Shown here: piece by piece, positions 25,718 to 34,894 of the stretch
Numbering within the stretch: the stretch's first letter is position 1
Layout: the number at the start of each line of letters is the position of its first letter
NCBI GenBank assembly: GCA_017621755.1
Contig: JAGASL010000025.1
Coordinates: 64,727 to 128,726, forward strand
Source: Clostridia bacterium
Lineage (GTDB): Bacteria > Bacillota > Clostridia > Oscillospirales > CAG-272
Direction: 5' to 3'
Length of the DNA stretch: 64,000 bases
Position numbers and translations under genes: made by a program
Notes under the pieces: model-generated
What the model was told of the DNA's origin: nothing
Database searches by the model: none
Seen by the model: the letters and a program-made list of their open reading frames with translations, nothing else

Positions 25718-26665
25718 TTAATCTACGCGATTTTGCCGTCTGCCGGCAAAAAAAGCGCGAATATTGTCGGTTGCTATGGCCAGGCAGCGCGTGCGCGCTT
25801 CAAACGAGCCCCAGGCCATGTGCGGAGTCAGGCATACATTTTCCCGCTCGCGTAGCGCGTAAAACGGGTGGGTAGGCGGAAACGGCTCTTGGCTGTATAC
25901 GTCTACGCCTAAGCCGCCTAGCTTGCCGGAAAGCAGAGCATCAGCCACAGCTTGCTCGTCTGTTACGGCACCGCGCGCTACGTTGATTAGGATCGCGCCG
26001 TCCTTCATCATGGCGATGCGCTCGCGGTTGATCAGGTTGCGCGTGCTGTCTGAAAGCGGCGTGTGCAGGCTGATGATATCTGCCTCACGGCAAAGTGTAT
26101 CAATATCCACGCAATATTCCTCGGCAGACGGCGTTTTTTTGCAAACCAACAGGCGACAGCCGAGCGCGCATGCCACCGCGGCCACGCCACGGCCAATGTC
26201 GCCGTAGCCAACCACGCCCCAGGTCTTGCCGGCCAGCTCGTGATATACGGGTGTCAGCTTGTTGGCTACGCCACCGTGGCTATAGTTACCGCTTGCTACG
26301 TGCGCGCGGTAGGCAGGCAGATGGGTGGCAAGCGAAAGAGCCATGGCCGCTGTTACCTGTACGACTGACGCAGACGAATAGCCGGGCACGTTACATACGG
26401 CAACGCCGTGCTCGCGCGCGGCCGCCAAGTCGATGTTATCATAGCCGGTGGCCATTTCTGCCACCACCTTCAGCCGCTTGGCGGCGGCAAAGGCGGCGCG
26501 GTCAAGGCGCACCTTGTTCTGTACCACCACGTCGCAATCAGCCAGGCGCGCGGGCAGCTCATCCGGCGCGGTGTGCTGGTAAACGATCAGCTCACCAAGC
26601 TCTGAAAGCGGCGAGAGAGAAAGATCCTCCCCCAGCGTGGCGGCATCTAAAACAACGATCTTCAT
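25718..26665 (-). CDS. D-isomer-specific 2-hydroxyacid dehydrogenase (glycerate/hydroxypyruvate reductase-like)
   Basis: MKIVVLDAAT start after GAGGTG. GVVGYGDIGRGVA NAD-binding motif. The ORF-track start at 26677 overlaps the upstream stop. Confidence 0.85.
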   Translation of the reverse strand: MKIVVLDAATLGEDLSLSPLSELGELIVYQHTAPDELPARLADCDVVVQNKVRLDRAAFAAAKRLKVVAEMATGYDNIDLAAAREHGVAVCNVPGYSSASVVQVTAAMALSLATHLPAYRAHVASGNYSHGGVANKLTPVYHELAGKTWGVVGYGDIGRGVAAVACALGCRLLVCKKTPSAEEYCVDIDTLCREADIISLHTPLSDSTRNLINRERIAMMKDGAILINVARGAVTDEQAVADALLSGKLGGLGVDVYSQEPFPPTHPFYALRERENVCLTPHMAWGSFEARTRCLAIATDNIRAFFAGRRQNRVD

Positions 26666-26673
26666 AGGGCACC

Positions 26674-27909
26674 TCAAAATACGAAGTTGCCATCAACGAA
26701 GATGGGAATTTCTCGCCCATCCTCCGTCATGCCGGTGATTGAAAGATCCGGCGTGCCGATCATGAAATCCACGTGCGTGATCGAATTGTTTAGGCCATGC
26801 TTGCCAAGCTCCTCACGGCTCATCGTCTCGCCGTTTTCCAGGCAGGGGTAGGCCTCGCCAAAGGCGATGTGGCAGGCGGCGTTTTCATCAAACAGGGTGT
26901 TGTAGTATAGAATTTTCTGGTTCGAGATCGGGCTGTCATAGGGCACCAGCGCCAGCTCGCCAAAGTAAGAGGCACCCTCGTCTACCGTGATGGCGGCCTG
27001 CAGCACGGCCTCACCCTCATCGGCCGTGGCCTCTACGATCTTGCCGTTTTCCACGCGGAAGCGGATGCCGCGAATGATGTTGCCATCCTCTACCAGCGGC
27101 ATCGAGGCGTAGATCACGCCGTTTGCGCTGTTTCTGTCCGGCGCGGTGAAGATCTCCTCGGTCGGCATGTTGGCAATAAAGGGAATGCCCGCCTGGCTAA
27201 CGTCAGCACCGCCCATCCAAAGATGGCCCTTGGGCAGGGCAACGGTGAAGTCTGTGCCCAGGCTGTTGCGATAATGCAGGGAAGCAAAGCGGTAATCGTT
27301 TAAGATCTTGGTGCGTGCTGCCAGACGCTCGGTATGCGCCTGCCAGCGGGCTACGGCATCACCGCTGCCATTCACGCGAATGGCGGCAAAGATGGCCTCC
27401 CACAAAGCATCCATGGCCTCATCCTCGCTTTTTTCGGGGAACACGGTCTTAGCCCAGGAGGGGATCGGGATCGAGCCGATGCACCAGGGGAAGGAATTGT
27501 TCATCTGCCCGGCGTAAAAGGGGGCCATATCCCGCCCCGTGGCACGGGTCACGCGGGTCACGCGGTCGGTGTCTACACCGGCCAGGTTCATTGGGTCGGT
27601 AGCAGAGATGACCAGGTAGGCTGCCTGCTCCTTCGCGTAGCCGTTATAAAACTCCTGCTGCCAGAGCGGAACAGCATCAAACACCTCGTCTGATGCCTGC
27701 AGATAGCGCATGCGCGTCAGGGCATCGTCCTTCCAGTTCATTACCACCTCGCGGCAGCCGGCCTCATAGGCGGCGGCAGCGCACTTGCGCGCAAACCAGG
27801 CACAATCTACCGGGCATGCCAGCACCAGGGTTTGCCCCTTTTGCACGTTCACACCTACGCGCACCAGCAGCGAGGCGTATTCATCAAATCGTTTATCCTG
27901 CAGATCCAT
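26674..27909 (-). CDS. M29-family aminopeptidase (AmpS/PepS-like)
   Basis: True start MDLQDKRFDEYASLLV follows GGAGG. The ORF-track N-terminal extension to 28422 has no RBS and overlaps the asnS promoter and 5-prime coding region. Confidence 0.85.
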   Translation of the reverse strand: MDLQDKRFDEYASLLVRVGVNVQKGQTLVLACPVDCAWFARKCAAAAYEAGCREVVMNWKDDALTRMRYLQASDEVFDAVPLWQQEFYNGYAKEQAAYLVISATDPMNLAGVDTDRVTRVTRATGRDMAPFYAGQMNNSFPWCIGSIPIPSWAKTVFPEKSEDEAMDALWEAIFAAIRVNGSGDAVARWQAHTERLAARTKILNDYRFASLHYRNSLGTDFTVALPKGHLWMGGADVSQAGIPFIANMPTEEIFTAPDRNSANGVIYASMPLVEDGNIIRGIRFRVENGKIVEATADEGEAVLQAAITVDEGASYFGELALVPYDSPISNQKILYYNTLFDENAACHIAFGEAYPCLENGETMSREELGKHGLNNSITHVDFMIGTPDLSITGMTEDGREIPIFVDGNFVF

Positions 27910-28004
27910 GATGATCCTCCGTCTTTTTTTCATTAGTATAGCACAATTTTGGGGGTGATGCAAGGTAAAAAGCTGATTCCCATGTAAAAAATAGCAAAAA
28001 ACTA

Positions 28005-28033
28005 TTGAAAAACACCGCCATGTGTGGTACAAT
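28005..28033 (+). promoter_or_regulatory. Sigma-A promoter of asnS
   Basis: TTGAAA, 17-nt spacer, TACAAT with TGg extension. Confidence 0.65.
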
Positions 28034-28080
28034 AACAAAATAGAAGTCTCCGCCACCCGGCGGAATGGAGAGAAAAGAAG

Positions 28081-29475
28081 ATGAAAAGAACACAGATCAA
28101 GGAATTTTATACAGACAGTGCCGCCTTTGCCGATCAGGAAGTAACCGTTGGCGGTTGGGCACGTAGCATTCGCGATAGCAAGGCCTTTGGCTTTATCGAC
28201 CTGAATGACGGTAGCTGCTTCAAGGGCGTACAGGTCGTTTTTGAGCGCGAAAGGATTGAAAATTATGATGAGATCGCCCATCTTAACGTGGGCTCTGCCG
28301 TGGTGGTCACCGGCATTATGGTGCTGACGCCCGATGCAAAGCAGCCCTTTGAGATCAAGGCTATTTCTGTTGCCGTAGAGGGGACCTCTACCCCCGATTA
28401 CCCGCTGCAGAAGAAGCGCCACACGCTGGAATTTTTGCGTGAGATCGCCTATCTGCGCCCGCGTACCAACCTCTTCTCAGCCGTGTTCCGCGTTCGTTCT
28501 GAGATCGCGTACGCCATTCATGAGTTTTTCCACGGCCGCAACTTTGTTTACGTGCACACCCCGCTGCTCACCGCCTCGGATTGTGAGGGCGCCGGCGAGA
28601 TGTTCCGCGTGACCACGCTGGACGTGGAGAACCCGCCCCGCACCGAGGAGGGGAAGATCGATTGGTCGCAGGACTTCTTTGGTAAGAGCACCAACCTGAC
28701 CGTTTCCGGCCAGCTGGAGGGCGAGACCTTTGCCATGGCCTTTGGTAACATCTACACCTTTGGCCCCACCTTCCGTGCTGAGAAGTCTACCACCGCCCGC
28801 CATGCGGCCGAATTCTGGATGATCGAGCCGGAGATCGCCTTTGCCGATCTGGATGATAATATGCAGCTTGCCTGGGATATGATCCAGCACATCCTGCACC
28901 ACGTAAAAAAGACCTGCGCGCAGGAGCTGGAGTTCTTTAACAGCTTTGTGGATAAGACCCTACTTGAGCGCCTTGATAAGCTGATGAGCAGCAATTATAA
29001 GAAGGTGACCTACACCGAGGCGGTTGACATTCTGCAAAAGAGCGGCCAGCAGTTCCAGTACCCTGTAGAATGGGGTATCGATCTGCAGACCGAGCATGAG
29101 CGCTACCTGACCGAGCAGGTGTTCGGCTGCCCGATCTTCGTTGTTGATTACCCGAAGGAGATCAAGGCCTTCTATATGCGCCTCAACGATGATGGCAAGA
29201 CAGTTGCCGCCATGGACCTTCTCGTTCCCGGCGTTGGTGAGATCATTGGTGGCTCCCAGCGTGAGGAGCGGCTTGACGTGCTGCTGGCCCGCATGGCAGA
29301 GTGCGACCTGAAGGAAGAGGACTACTGGTGGTACGTGAACCTCCGCCGCTATGGTGGCACCAAGCATGCCGGCTTTGGCCTGGGCTTTGAGCGTATCATT
29401 ATGTATATCACCGGCGTTGCGAACATCCGCGACGTGCTGCCTTACCCGAGAACGGTCGGCCAGGCTGAATATTGA
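28081..29475 (+). CDS. asnS: Asparagine--tRNA ligase
   Basis: Class IIb aaRS with an N-terminal OB fold ([25 protein letters not shown]). Motif 3 is [12 protein letters not shown]. Confidence 0.95.
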   Translation: MKRTQIKEFYTDSAAFADQEVTVGGWARSIRDSKAFGFIDLNDGSCFKGVQVVFERERIENYDEIAHLNVGSAVVVTGIMVLTPDAKQPFEIKAISVAVEGTSTPDYPLQKKRHTLEFLREIAYLRPRTNLFSAVFRVRSEIAYAIHEFFHGRNFVYVHTPLLTASDCEGAGEMFRVTTLDVENPPRTEEGKIDWSQDFFGKSTNLTVSGQLEGETFAMAFGNIYTFGPTFRAEKSTTARHAAEFWMIEPEIAFADLDDNMQLAWDMIQHILHHVKKTCAQELEFFNSFVDKTLLERLDKLMSSNYKKVTYTEAVDILQKSGQQFQYPVEWGIDLQTEHERYLTEQVFGCPIFVVDYPKEIKAFYMRLNDDGKTVAAMDLLVPGVGEIIGGSQREERLDVLLARMAECDLKEEDYWWYVNLRRYGGTKHAGFGLGFERIIMYITGVANIRDVLPYPRTVGQAEY

Positions 29476-29487
29476 TCAAAAGACAGA

Positions 29488-29524
29488 AACCTCCCGCGCT
29501 CTACCGAGCGCGGGAGGTTTTGTG
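29488..29524 (+). terminator. asnS terminator
   Basis: aacctcccgcgct-ctaccg-agcgcgggaggtt followed by tttgtg. Confidence 0.8.
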
Positions 29525-29536
29525 TCATGTAGCTTT

Positions 29537-29764
29537 TCAAAGCATGGTGGTAAATAATGTTTTTGGTGCGATACCAAAGTGTAAATAGATGTTTCCGAGG
29601 ATTTGACAGCCTAATCTCTCGGGGAGAATACCGCTTTCGATTTTTTCAAGACTTTTTATTCCAATGCCAAGCTTCTTCGCCATGGCTGTTTTGGATAATC
29701 CTTCTCGTTTCCTTATTCTTTTGATATTCTCGCATAGTGTTTTTATTTCTGTTTGGGTTTCCAT
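29537..29764 (-). CDS. Small XRE-family HTH protein (75 aa), AT-rich
   Basis: IKRIRKREGLSKTAMAKKLGIGIKSLEKIESG HTH. AGGAGA RBS. Confidence 0.75.
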   Translation of the reverse strand: METQTEIKTLCENIKRIRKREGLSKTAMAKKLGIGIKSLEKIESGILPERLGCQILGNIYLHFGIAPKTLFTTML

Positions 29765-29823
29765 TTTGCTTTCTCCTTTCGCTTTTGATTATACTCTGGT
29801 ATATAAAAAGGTGATGCAAAACA

Positions 29824-29835
29824 CACAATATTGTG
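29824..29835. promoter_or_regulatory. Perfect 12-bp palindrome upstream of the small XRE gene (candidate operator)
   Basis: cacaat|attgtg. Confidence 0.4.
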
Positions 29836-29858
29836 CGATTGTTATTTTTTCTCAAAAC

Positions 29859-29893
29859 AAAAGACCAAGTTCTTGTTTTGAACTTGGTCTTTG
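29859..29893 (-). terminator. Terminator after the MBL/DUF6472-like operon
   Basis: The minus strand reads caaagaccaagtt-caaaacaaga-acttggtcttt, then ttgttttgag. Confidence 0.7.
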
Positions 29894-29898
29894 TTGTT

Positions 29899-30096
29899 TC
29901 AATTCTGCTTCGCTACCGATTTGTATTCATCGTAATAGCGGAAGTAGGGGCAATGCTTGGTGCCGCCCGTGATATAGCGGTAGTAATCGTCCTCATCAAG
30001 GGATACGGTGCATTCGTAATCGCCCGTCTCCTCATCCATATCGTAATAGAGGCAATCCTCGCACCGTGCCTCGATCGGTTTTTTTAGCTGTTTCAT
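29899..30096 (-). CDS. Small acidic four-Cys protein (DUF6472-like, 65 aa)
   Basis: CEDC...C...HC spacing. Starts 1 nt after the upstream stop. Confidence 0.6.
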   Translation of the reverse strand: MKQLKKPIEARCEDCLYYDMDEETGDYECTVSLDEDDYYRYITGGTKHCPYFRYYDEYKSVAKQN

Positions 30097-30097
30097 C

Positions 30098-30965
30098 TTA
30101 ATGTCTCACCCTCAGCGTTGTGCCGTCGCTGGTCGCATACACGTTGCCGGCGCGGGAAAGGAATACGCGCGCACCCGCATCGCGCAGCGCGGCGGTCTTG
30201 GTCGGGTCCTCGGGGTTTTTATCCGAGCAGGTGATCACCGCGTATTCCGGCGTAGTGATCTCCAGCAGGGCAGGGAGGTTTTTAATAGCGTTGCCGTGGT
30301 AGGGCACCTTCATAAAGTCACAGTCAAGCGCTGTACCCAGCTTCAGCAGCTCGGCCACGCGATCCTCCTGCGCATCACCGCCAAAGAAATACTTGGTGTC
30401 GCCATAGGTCATGTGGATCACAAGCGAGGAGTTATTGCTCTCCTTTGTGTCATATTCGGTGGTCTCGGGTGGGTAAAGCGTCATGCTGATATCACCGTAG
30501 GTGAGAGAGGTGGCTTCCTTGACCACCGTAGCGGAAAGGCCCTTTTGGGCAAGCGCCGCGGCATATTGATCATATTCGGCGCTCTGCTTGCTTTCGTAGG
30601 TACCGTACACCGCGCCAATGGTAATACCCTCTACCATGCCGGCGGCACCGCCTACGTGGTCCTTATCGTAATGCGTTAAGATCATGGCATCCAGCCGATC
30701 GATCTTTTCTCTGCGCAGGTAAGCCAATACCTCGGCCGCATCCTCGACCTCGCCGGCATCGATCAGAATAGCGTGCTCCTCGTTATGGATCAGAATGGCA
30801 TCTGCCTTGCCGATCGAAAATACCACCGTTGTCAAAAGCGGCAGTGCTGTGGGTGATTCGTTGCCGCCGGGCCCCTCACCCGGCGTGACGGGGGGATTGA
30901 TGATCTCGCAGCCACCAAGAAGCGGCAGCGCAAGAAGAAGTAACAAGCAAATAATGCGGCGCATA
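30098..30965 (-). CDS. MBL-fold metallo-hydrolase lipoprotein (resembles the ComEC C-terminal domain)
   Basis: Start MRRIICLLLLLALPLLGGC follows GGAGG. Lipobox LLGGC. THYDKDHVGG metal motif. Confidence 0.8.
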
Positions 30966-31062
30966 GGAGCCTCCTGCATCTTTTTTTTCAGTATACCATG
31001 TTTTTGCCAAATACGCAAGTGAATATTTGGTGAATTTTTGCGTGGGAAAACGGGCAAACCGG

Positions 31063-31091
31063 TTGATTTTTATCTTGAAACCCTGTAAAAT
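31063..31091 (+). promoter_or_regulatory. Candidate promoter of the ABC exporter operon
   Basis: TTGATT, 17-nt spacer, TAAAAT. Confidence 0.45.
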
Positions 31092-31124
31092 ATAAGAAGC
31101 ATCGTTGTAAAGAAGGAGATAGCC

Positions 31125-32861
31125 GTGAAGAAACTGCTTGTTTATTTGCGTGAATATAAAAAGGAAAGCATCCTTGGCCCCCTGTTTAAGCTGTGTGAGG
31201 CCTTGCTTGAGCTATTGGTGCCACTGGTGGTGGCTGCCATTGTTGATACGGGCATAGAAACGGGGGACCCCCCGTATGTGGTGCGCATGGCGCTTTTGCT
31301 TGTTGCGCTTGGCTTGGTTGGCCTGGGCTTTTCGGTCACCGCGCAGTATTTTGCTGCACGCGCCGCCGTTGGCTTTGTGGCGCGCCTGCGCCATGCGTTG
31401 ATGGCGCATATCGGTCGGCTCTCTTATAGCGAGCTGGATGCGCTTGGCCAGTCTACCATGATCACTCGTATGACCAGCGATATGAACCAGGTGCAGACCG
31501 GGCTGAATCTTACCCTGCGCCTTCTGCTTCGCTCGCCCTTTGTGGTGTTTGGCGCCATGATCATGGCCTACGTGGTAGAGCCGCAAACGGCGCTGGTGTT
31601 CGGCCTGACTATTCTGGTTCTTTCTATCGTGGTATTCGGCATCATGCTGCTGTGCATGCCGCTTTACAAGCGGGTGCAGACCCGGCTGGATGGCGTTTTG
31701 CGTCTGGTGCGCGAAAACCTGGGCGGCGCACGCGTGATCCGCGCCTTTAACCGTGAGGAGGCAGAAAGGGAGGGCTTTGCCGAGAAAAATGACGGGCTGA
31801 CCGTGGTGCAGCGGCGCGTTGGCCGCCTTTCGGCGCTTCTCAACCCGCTCACCTTTGTGATCATCAATGCCGCTATCATTTGGCTGATGCATATCGGTGC
31901 GCTGCAGGTAGAGCACGGCCTGCTGACACAGGGCGCTGTGATCGCGCTGTATAACTATATGTCTCAGATATTAGTCGAGCTGATCAAGCTGGCCGATCTG
32001 ATCATCACCATGACCAAAAGCGTGGCCTGCGGCAAGCGCATTGCCGCCGTGCTGGAAATAGAGCCGGAGCCTACCACCGGGGCGGATATTCCCGTGCTGG
32101 AGCCGGGCGAGCCGGCCGTTCGCCTCTCTCATGCCTCTCTTACCTATCGCGGTGCTGCCGCCCCCGCCGTTTCTGATGTCAGCTTAACGGTCATGCCGGG
32201 CGAGACGGTTGGTATTATCGGCGGCACAGGCTCGGGTAAATCCTCCCTCATCAGCCTGATCTACCGTGCCTACCCGGCAAGTGAAGGTGTGGTTGAGGTC
32301 TACGGGCAGGACGTTTCTACCTACGCGCTGGATGCTTTGCGCCGTGAGATCGGCCTTGTGCCGCAAAAGGCGCAGTTGTTCCGTGGCAGCATACGAGACA
32401 ATCTACGCGTTGGCAACAAGGATGCCACCGATGAAGACATGTGGCAGGCGTTAGAGAGCGCCTGCGCTGCCGATTTCGTGCGTGAAAAGGAAGGCGCGCT
32501 TTCCTATATGCTGGAGTCAAACGGGAAAAACCTTTCCGGTGGTCAGCGCCAGCGCTTGACCATTGCGCGTGCTCTGGTACGCCGACCGCGCATCCTGATC
32601 TTAGATGATAGCGCCTCAGCGCTTGACTACGCCACCGATGCGGCGCTTCGCCGCCATTTGCGCGAGCTGCCGTATAAGCCCACCGTGTTCATCGTGACCC
32701 AGCGCACCTCCTCGATCATGCAGGCAGATCAGATTCTCGTGCTTGATGATGGGCAGGTTGTTGGCTGCGGCCAGCACGAGGCGCTGCTGGAATCCTGCCC
32801 GGTCTACCGGGAGATCTATGAGTCACAATATAAGAAGGAGGAGACGAACCATGGCTGCTAA
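31125..32861 (+). CDS. ABC exporter half-transporter A (TMD-NBD) with a degenerate Walker B catalytic residue
   Basis: GTG start after AGGAGA. Walker A GGTGSGKSS, signature LSGGQRQR, Walker B ILILDDS (Asp instead of Glu). Confidence 0.9.
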   Translation: MKKLLVYLREYKKESILGPLFKLCEALLELLVPLVVAAIVDTGIETGDPPYVVRMALLLVALGLVGLGFSVTAQYFAARAAVGFVARLRHALMAHIGRLSYSELDALGQSTMITRMTSDMNQVQTGLNLTLRLLLRSPFVVFGAMIMAYVVEPQTALVFGLTILVLSIVVFGIMLLCMPLYKRVQTRLDGVLRLVRENLGGARVIRAFNREEAEREGFAEKNDGLTVVQRRVGRLSALLNPLTFVIINAAIIWLMHIGALQVEHGLLTQGAVIALYNYMSQILVELIKLADLIITMTKSVACGKRIAAVLEIEPEPTTGADIPVLEPGEPAVRLSHASLTYRGAAAPAVSDVSLTVMPGETVGIIGGTGSGKSSLISLIYRAYPASEGVVEVYGQDVSTYALDALRREIGLVPQKAQLFRGSIRDNLRVGNKDATDEDMWQALESACAADFVREKEGALSYMLESNGKNLSGGQRQRLTIARALVRRPRILILDDSASALDYATDAALRRHLRELPYKPTVFIVTQRTSSIMQADQILVLDDGQVVGCGQHEALLESCPVYREIYESQYKKEETNHGC

Positions 32862-34608
32862 AAAAGCACCGCGTGGCACGCTTGGCAAGGTTTTGCACCG
32901 CGTGAAGCGGTATATGCCTCTTCTTATCCTCTCGCTGCTTCTTACGGCGGTCTCTGTTTTCTTTTCGCTGTATATTCCGATCCTGGTTGGCCGCGCGATC
33001 GACGTGATGGTCGATGCCGGGCAGGTCGATTTTTCCGTGATCCGCGATATGCTGATGCAGGTGGCCGTCTCGGCGCTGCTTTCGGCCCTGGCCACGTGGC
33101 TTTATAGCATGATCAACAATCGCATCACCTTTCTCGTGGTGCGCGACCTGCGGAACGAGGCCTTTTCACGCATCGGCGTGCTGCCGCTTTCCTATATCGA
33201 TTCTCACCCGCACGGCGACATCGTCAGCCGCGTGATTGCAGATGCCGACCAGTTTGCCGATGGCCTGCTGCTTGGCTTCTCCCGCTTTTTCGCCGGCGCG
33301 CTGACCATTCTTGGCACCCTGATCTTCATGCTCACCATTCAGCCGCTCGTTGCGTTGGTGGTGGTGCTGCTTACCCCACTTTCGCTGTTTATGGCGCGCT
33401 TTATCGCCTCGCGCACCTATGCTATGTTCCGCGCACAGTCTGAGGCAAGGGCAGAGCAGACCTCGCTGGTTGACGAGGTGATCGGGGCAGATAAGCTGCT
33501 GCGTGCCTTTGGCATGGCGGACGAGGCACTTGAGGCGTTCGACCAAACGAACGAAAGGCTGCGCAAGACCTCGTTACGTGCGATCTTCTTTTCGTCGCTG
33601 ACAAACCCTACCACCAGATTTATCAATAGCGTGGTGTATGCCGGTGTAGCGCTGGCGGGCGCCTTGGTTGTCATTACCGGTGGTGGCATCGCCATGACGG
33701 TTGGTGGCCTTTCCAGCTTTCTCAGCTATGCAAACCAGTATACCAAGCCCTTTAACGAAATATCCGGCGTGATCAGCGAGCTGCAGAACGCGCTTGCCTG
33801 CGCGGCGCGACTGCTTGCCTTGATAGAAGAAGAGACCGAGCCAAGCGATAGCGCCTGCACCTGCTTGCCGCCTGCACGGGGCGATGTAACGCTTTCGCAC
33901 GTTGATTTCTCCTACGTTCCCGAAAAGCCGCTGATACGAGATCTCTGTTTGGCTGTTGATGCTGGCAAGCGCATTGCCATCGTAGGCCCTACCGGCTGCG
34001 GCAAAACAACGCTGATCAATCTGCTGATGCGTTTTTATGACGTGCGCGGGGGCAGCATTACGGTAGATGGAGCCGATATTCGTGCCGTTACCCGCCACTC
34101 GCTGCGTGAAAATTATGGTATGGTGCTGCAGGATACATGGCTGCGTTACGGTACCGTGCGTGAGAATATTGCCATGGGCAAGCCGGATGCAACCATTGAG
34201 GAGATCGAGCAGGCAGCCCGTGCCGCGCATGCGCATTCCTTTATCGCCCGTCTCCCGCAGGGCTATGATACCGTGATCGGCGAGGATGGCGGCAGCCTGT
34301 CACAGGGGCAAAAGCAGCTGCTTTGCATTGCCCGCGTCATGCTGTGCCTGCCACCGATGCTGATCTTGGATGAGGCTACCTCCTCTATCGACACCCGCAC
34401 CGAGCTGCGTATTCAAAAGGCCTTTGCGCTGATGATGCAGGGGCGTACCAGCTTTATCGTGGCGCATCGCCTGTCTACCATTCGCGAGGCGGATGTGATC
34501 CTTGTCATGAAGGATGGCAACGTGATCGAGCAGGGAAGCCACGAGGCGCTGCTTTCACAGGGTGGCTTCTATGAGAAGCTGTATAATAGTCAATTTGCCA
34601 CCGTATAA
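32851..34608 (+). CDS. ABC exporter half-transporter B (TMD-NBD) with a degenerate signature motif
   Basis: The ATG at 32851 overlaps the upstream stop by 11 nt and follows AGGAGGAG. Walker A GPTGCGKTT, signature LSQGQKQ, Walker B LILDEAT. Confidence 0.9.
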   Translation: MAAKKAPRGTLGKVLHRVKRYMPLLILSLLLTAVSVFFSLYIPILVGRAIDVMVDAGQVDFSVIRDMLMQVAVSALLSALATWLYSMINNRITFLVVRDLRNEAFSRIGVLPLSYIDSHPHGDIVSRVIADADQFADGLLLGFSRFFAGALTILGTLIFMLTIQPLVALVVVLLTPLSLFMARFIASRTYAMFRAQSEARAEQTSLVDEVIGADKLLRAFGMADEALEAFDQTNERLRKTSLRAIFFSSLTNPTTRFINSVVYAGVALAGALVVITGGGIAMTVGGLSSFLSYANQYTKPFNEISGVISELQNALACAARLLALIEEETEPSDSACTCLPPARGDVTLSHVDFSYVPEKPLIRDLCLAVDAGKRIAIVGPTGCGKTTLINLLMRFYDVRGGSITVDGADIRAVTRHSLRENYGMVLQDTWLRYGTVRENIAMGKPDATIEEIEQAARAAHAHSFIARLPQGYDTVIGEDGGSLSQGQKQLLCIARVMLCLPPMLILDEATSSIDTRTELRIQKAFALMMQGRTSFIVAHRLSTIREADVILVMKDGNVIEQGSHEALLSQGGFYEKLYNSQFATV

Positions 34609-34615
34609 TGGTGAA

Positions 34616-34651
34616 AAAGGGTGCTCTTGCCGGCAGGTAAGAGCGCCCTTT
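34616..34651 (+). terminator. Terminator of the ABC exporter operon
   Basis: aaagggtgctctt-gccggcaggt-aagagcgcccttt. Confidence 0.8.
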
Positions 34652-34745
34652 CATCGTTTTGCATGGATAACGAAGAAAGGAGGGCAATAAATTTGCATAT
34701 TATTCATAAAAAATTGAAAAAAGTGAAAAAAGACAGCAGAAGGTG

Positions 34746-34774
34746 TTGACAAAACGGGGGAAAGGTTGTATAAT
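34746..34774 (+). promoter_or_regulatory. Consensus sigma-A promoter of the liv operon
   Basis: TTGACA, 17-nt spacer, TATAAT (perfect consensus). Confidence 0.75.
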
Positions 34775-34894
34775 ATTTCTATCTTTTTTCTTTTTCTATT
34801 ATAGTGAATACGCGAATTTTATTCGCCGTTTTCTCTTGTTTTTTGTGTCCCACGGACTCGAAAATAGAAAACAAAAACAAAAAGGAGAACTCCC

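Noticed and set aside
27910-28080. T-box leader upstream of asnS. The motif gtggtac is present.
   Set aside because: The gtggtac belongs to the extended -10 element (TGg-TACAAT). The leader is only about 45 nt after the promoter, and there is no specifier loop or terminator/antiterminator pair.
27910-28422. N-terminal extensions of ORF-track entries. These are the aminopeptidase to 28422, sugar transferase to 42798, xpt to 56513, DUF975-like to 57602, MBL to 31057, ABC subunit B from 32743, livH from 36045, the isomerase from 59981, and the nucleoside ATPase to 54489.
   Set aside because: In each case an internal start with a good AGGAGG-type RBS gives a protein of the expected family length. 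The extension runs into a neighbouring gene, promoter or terminator.
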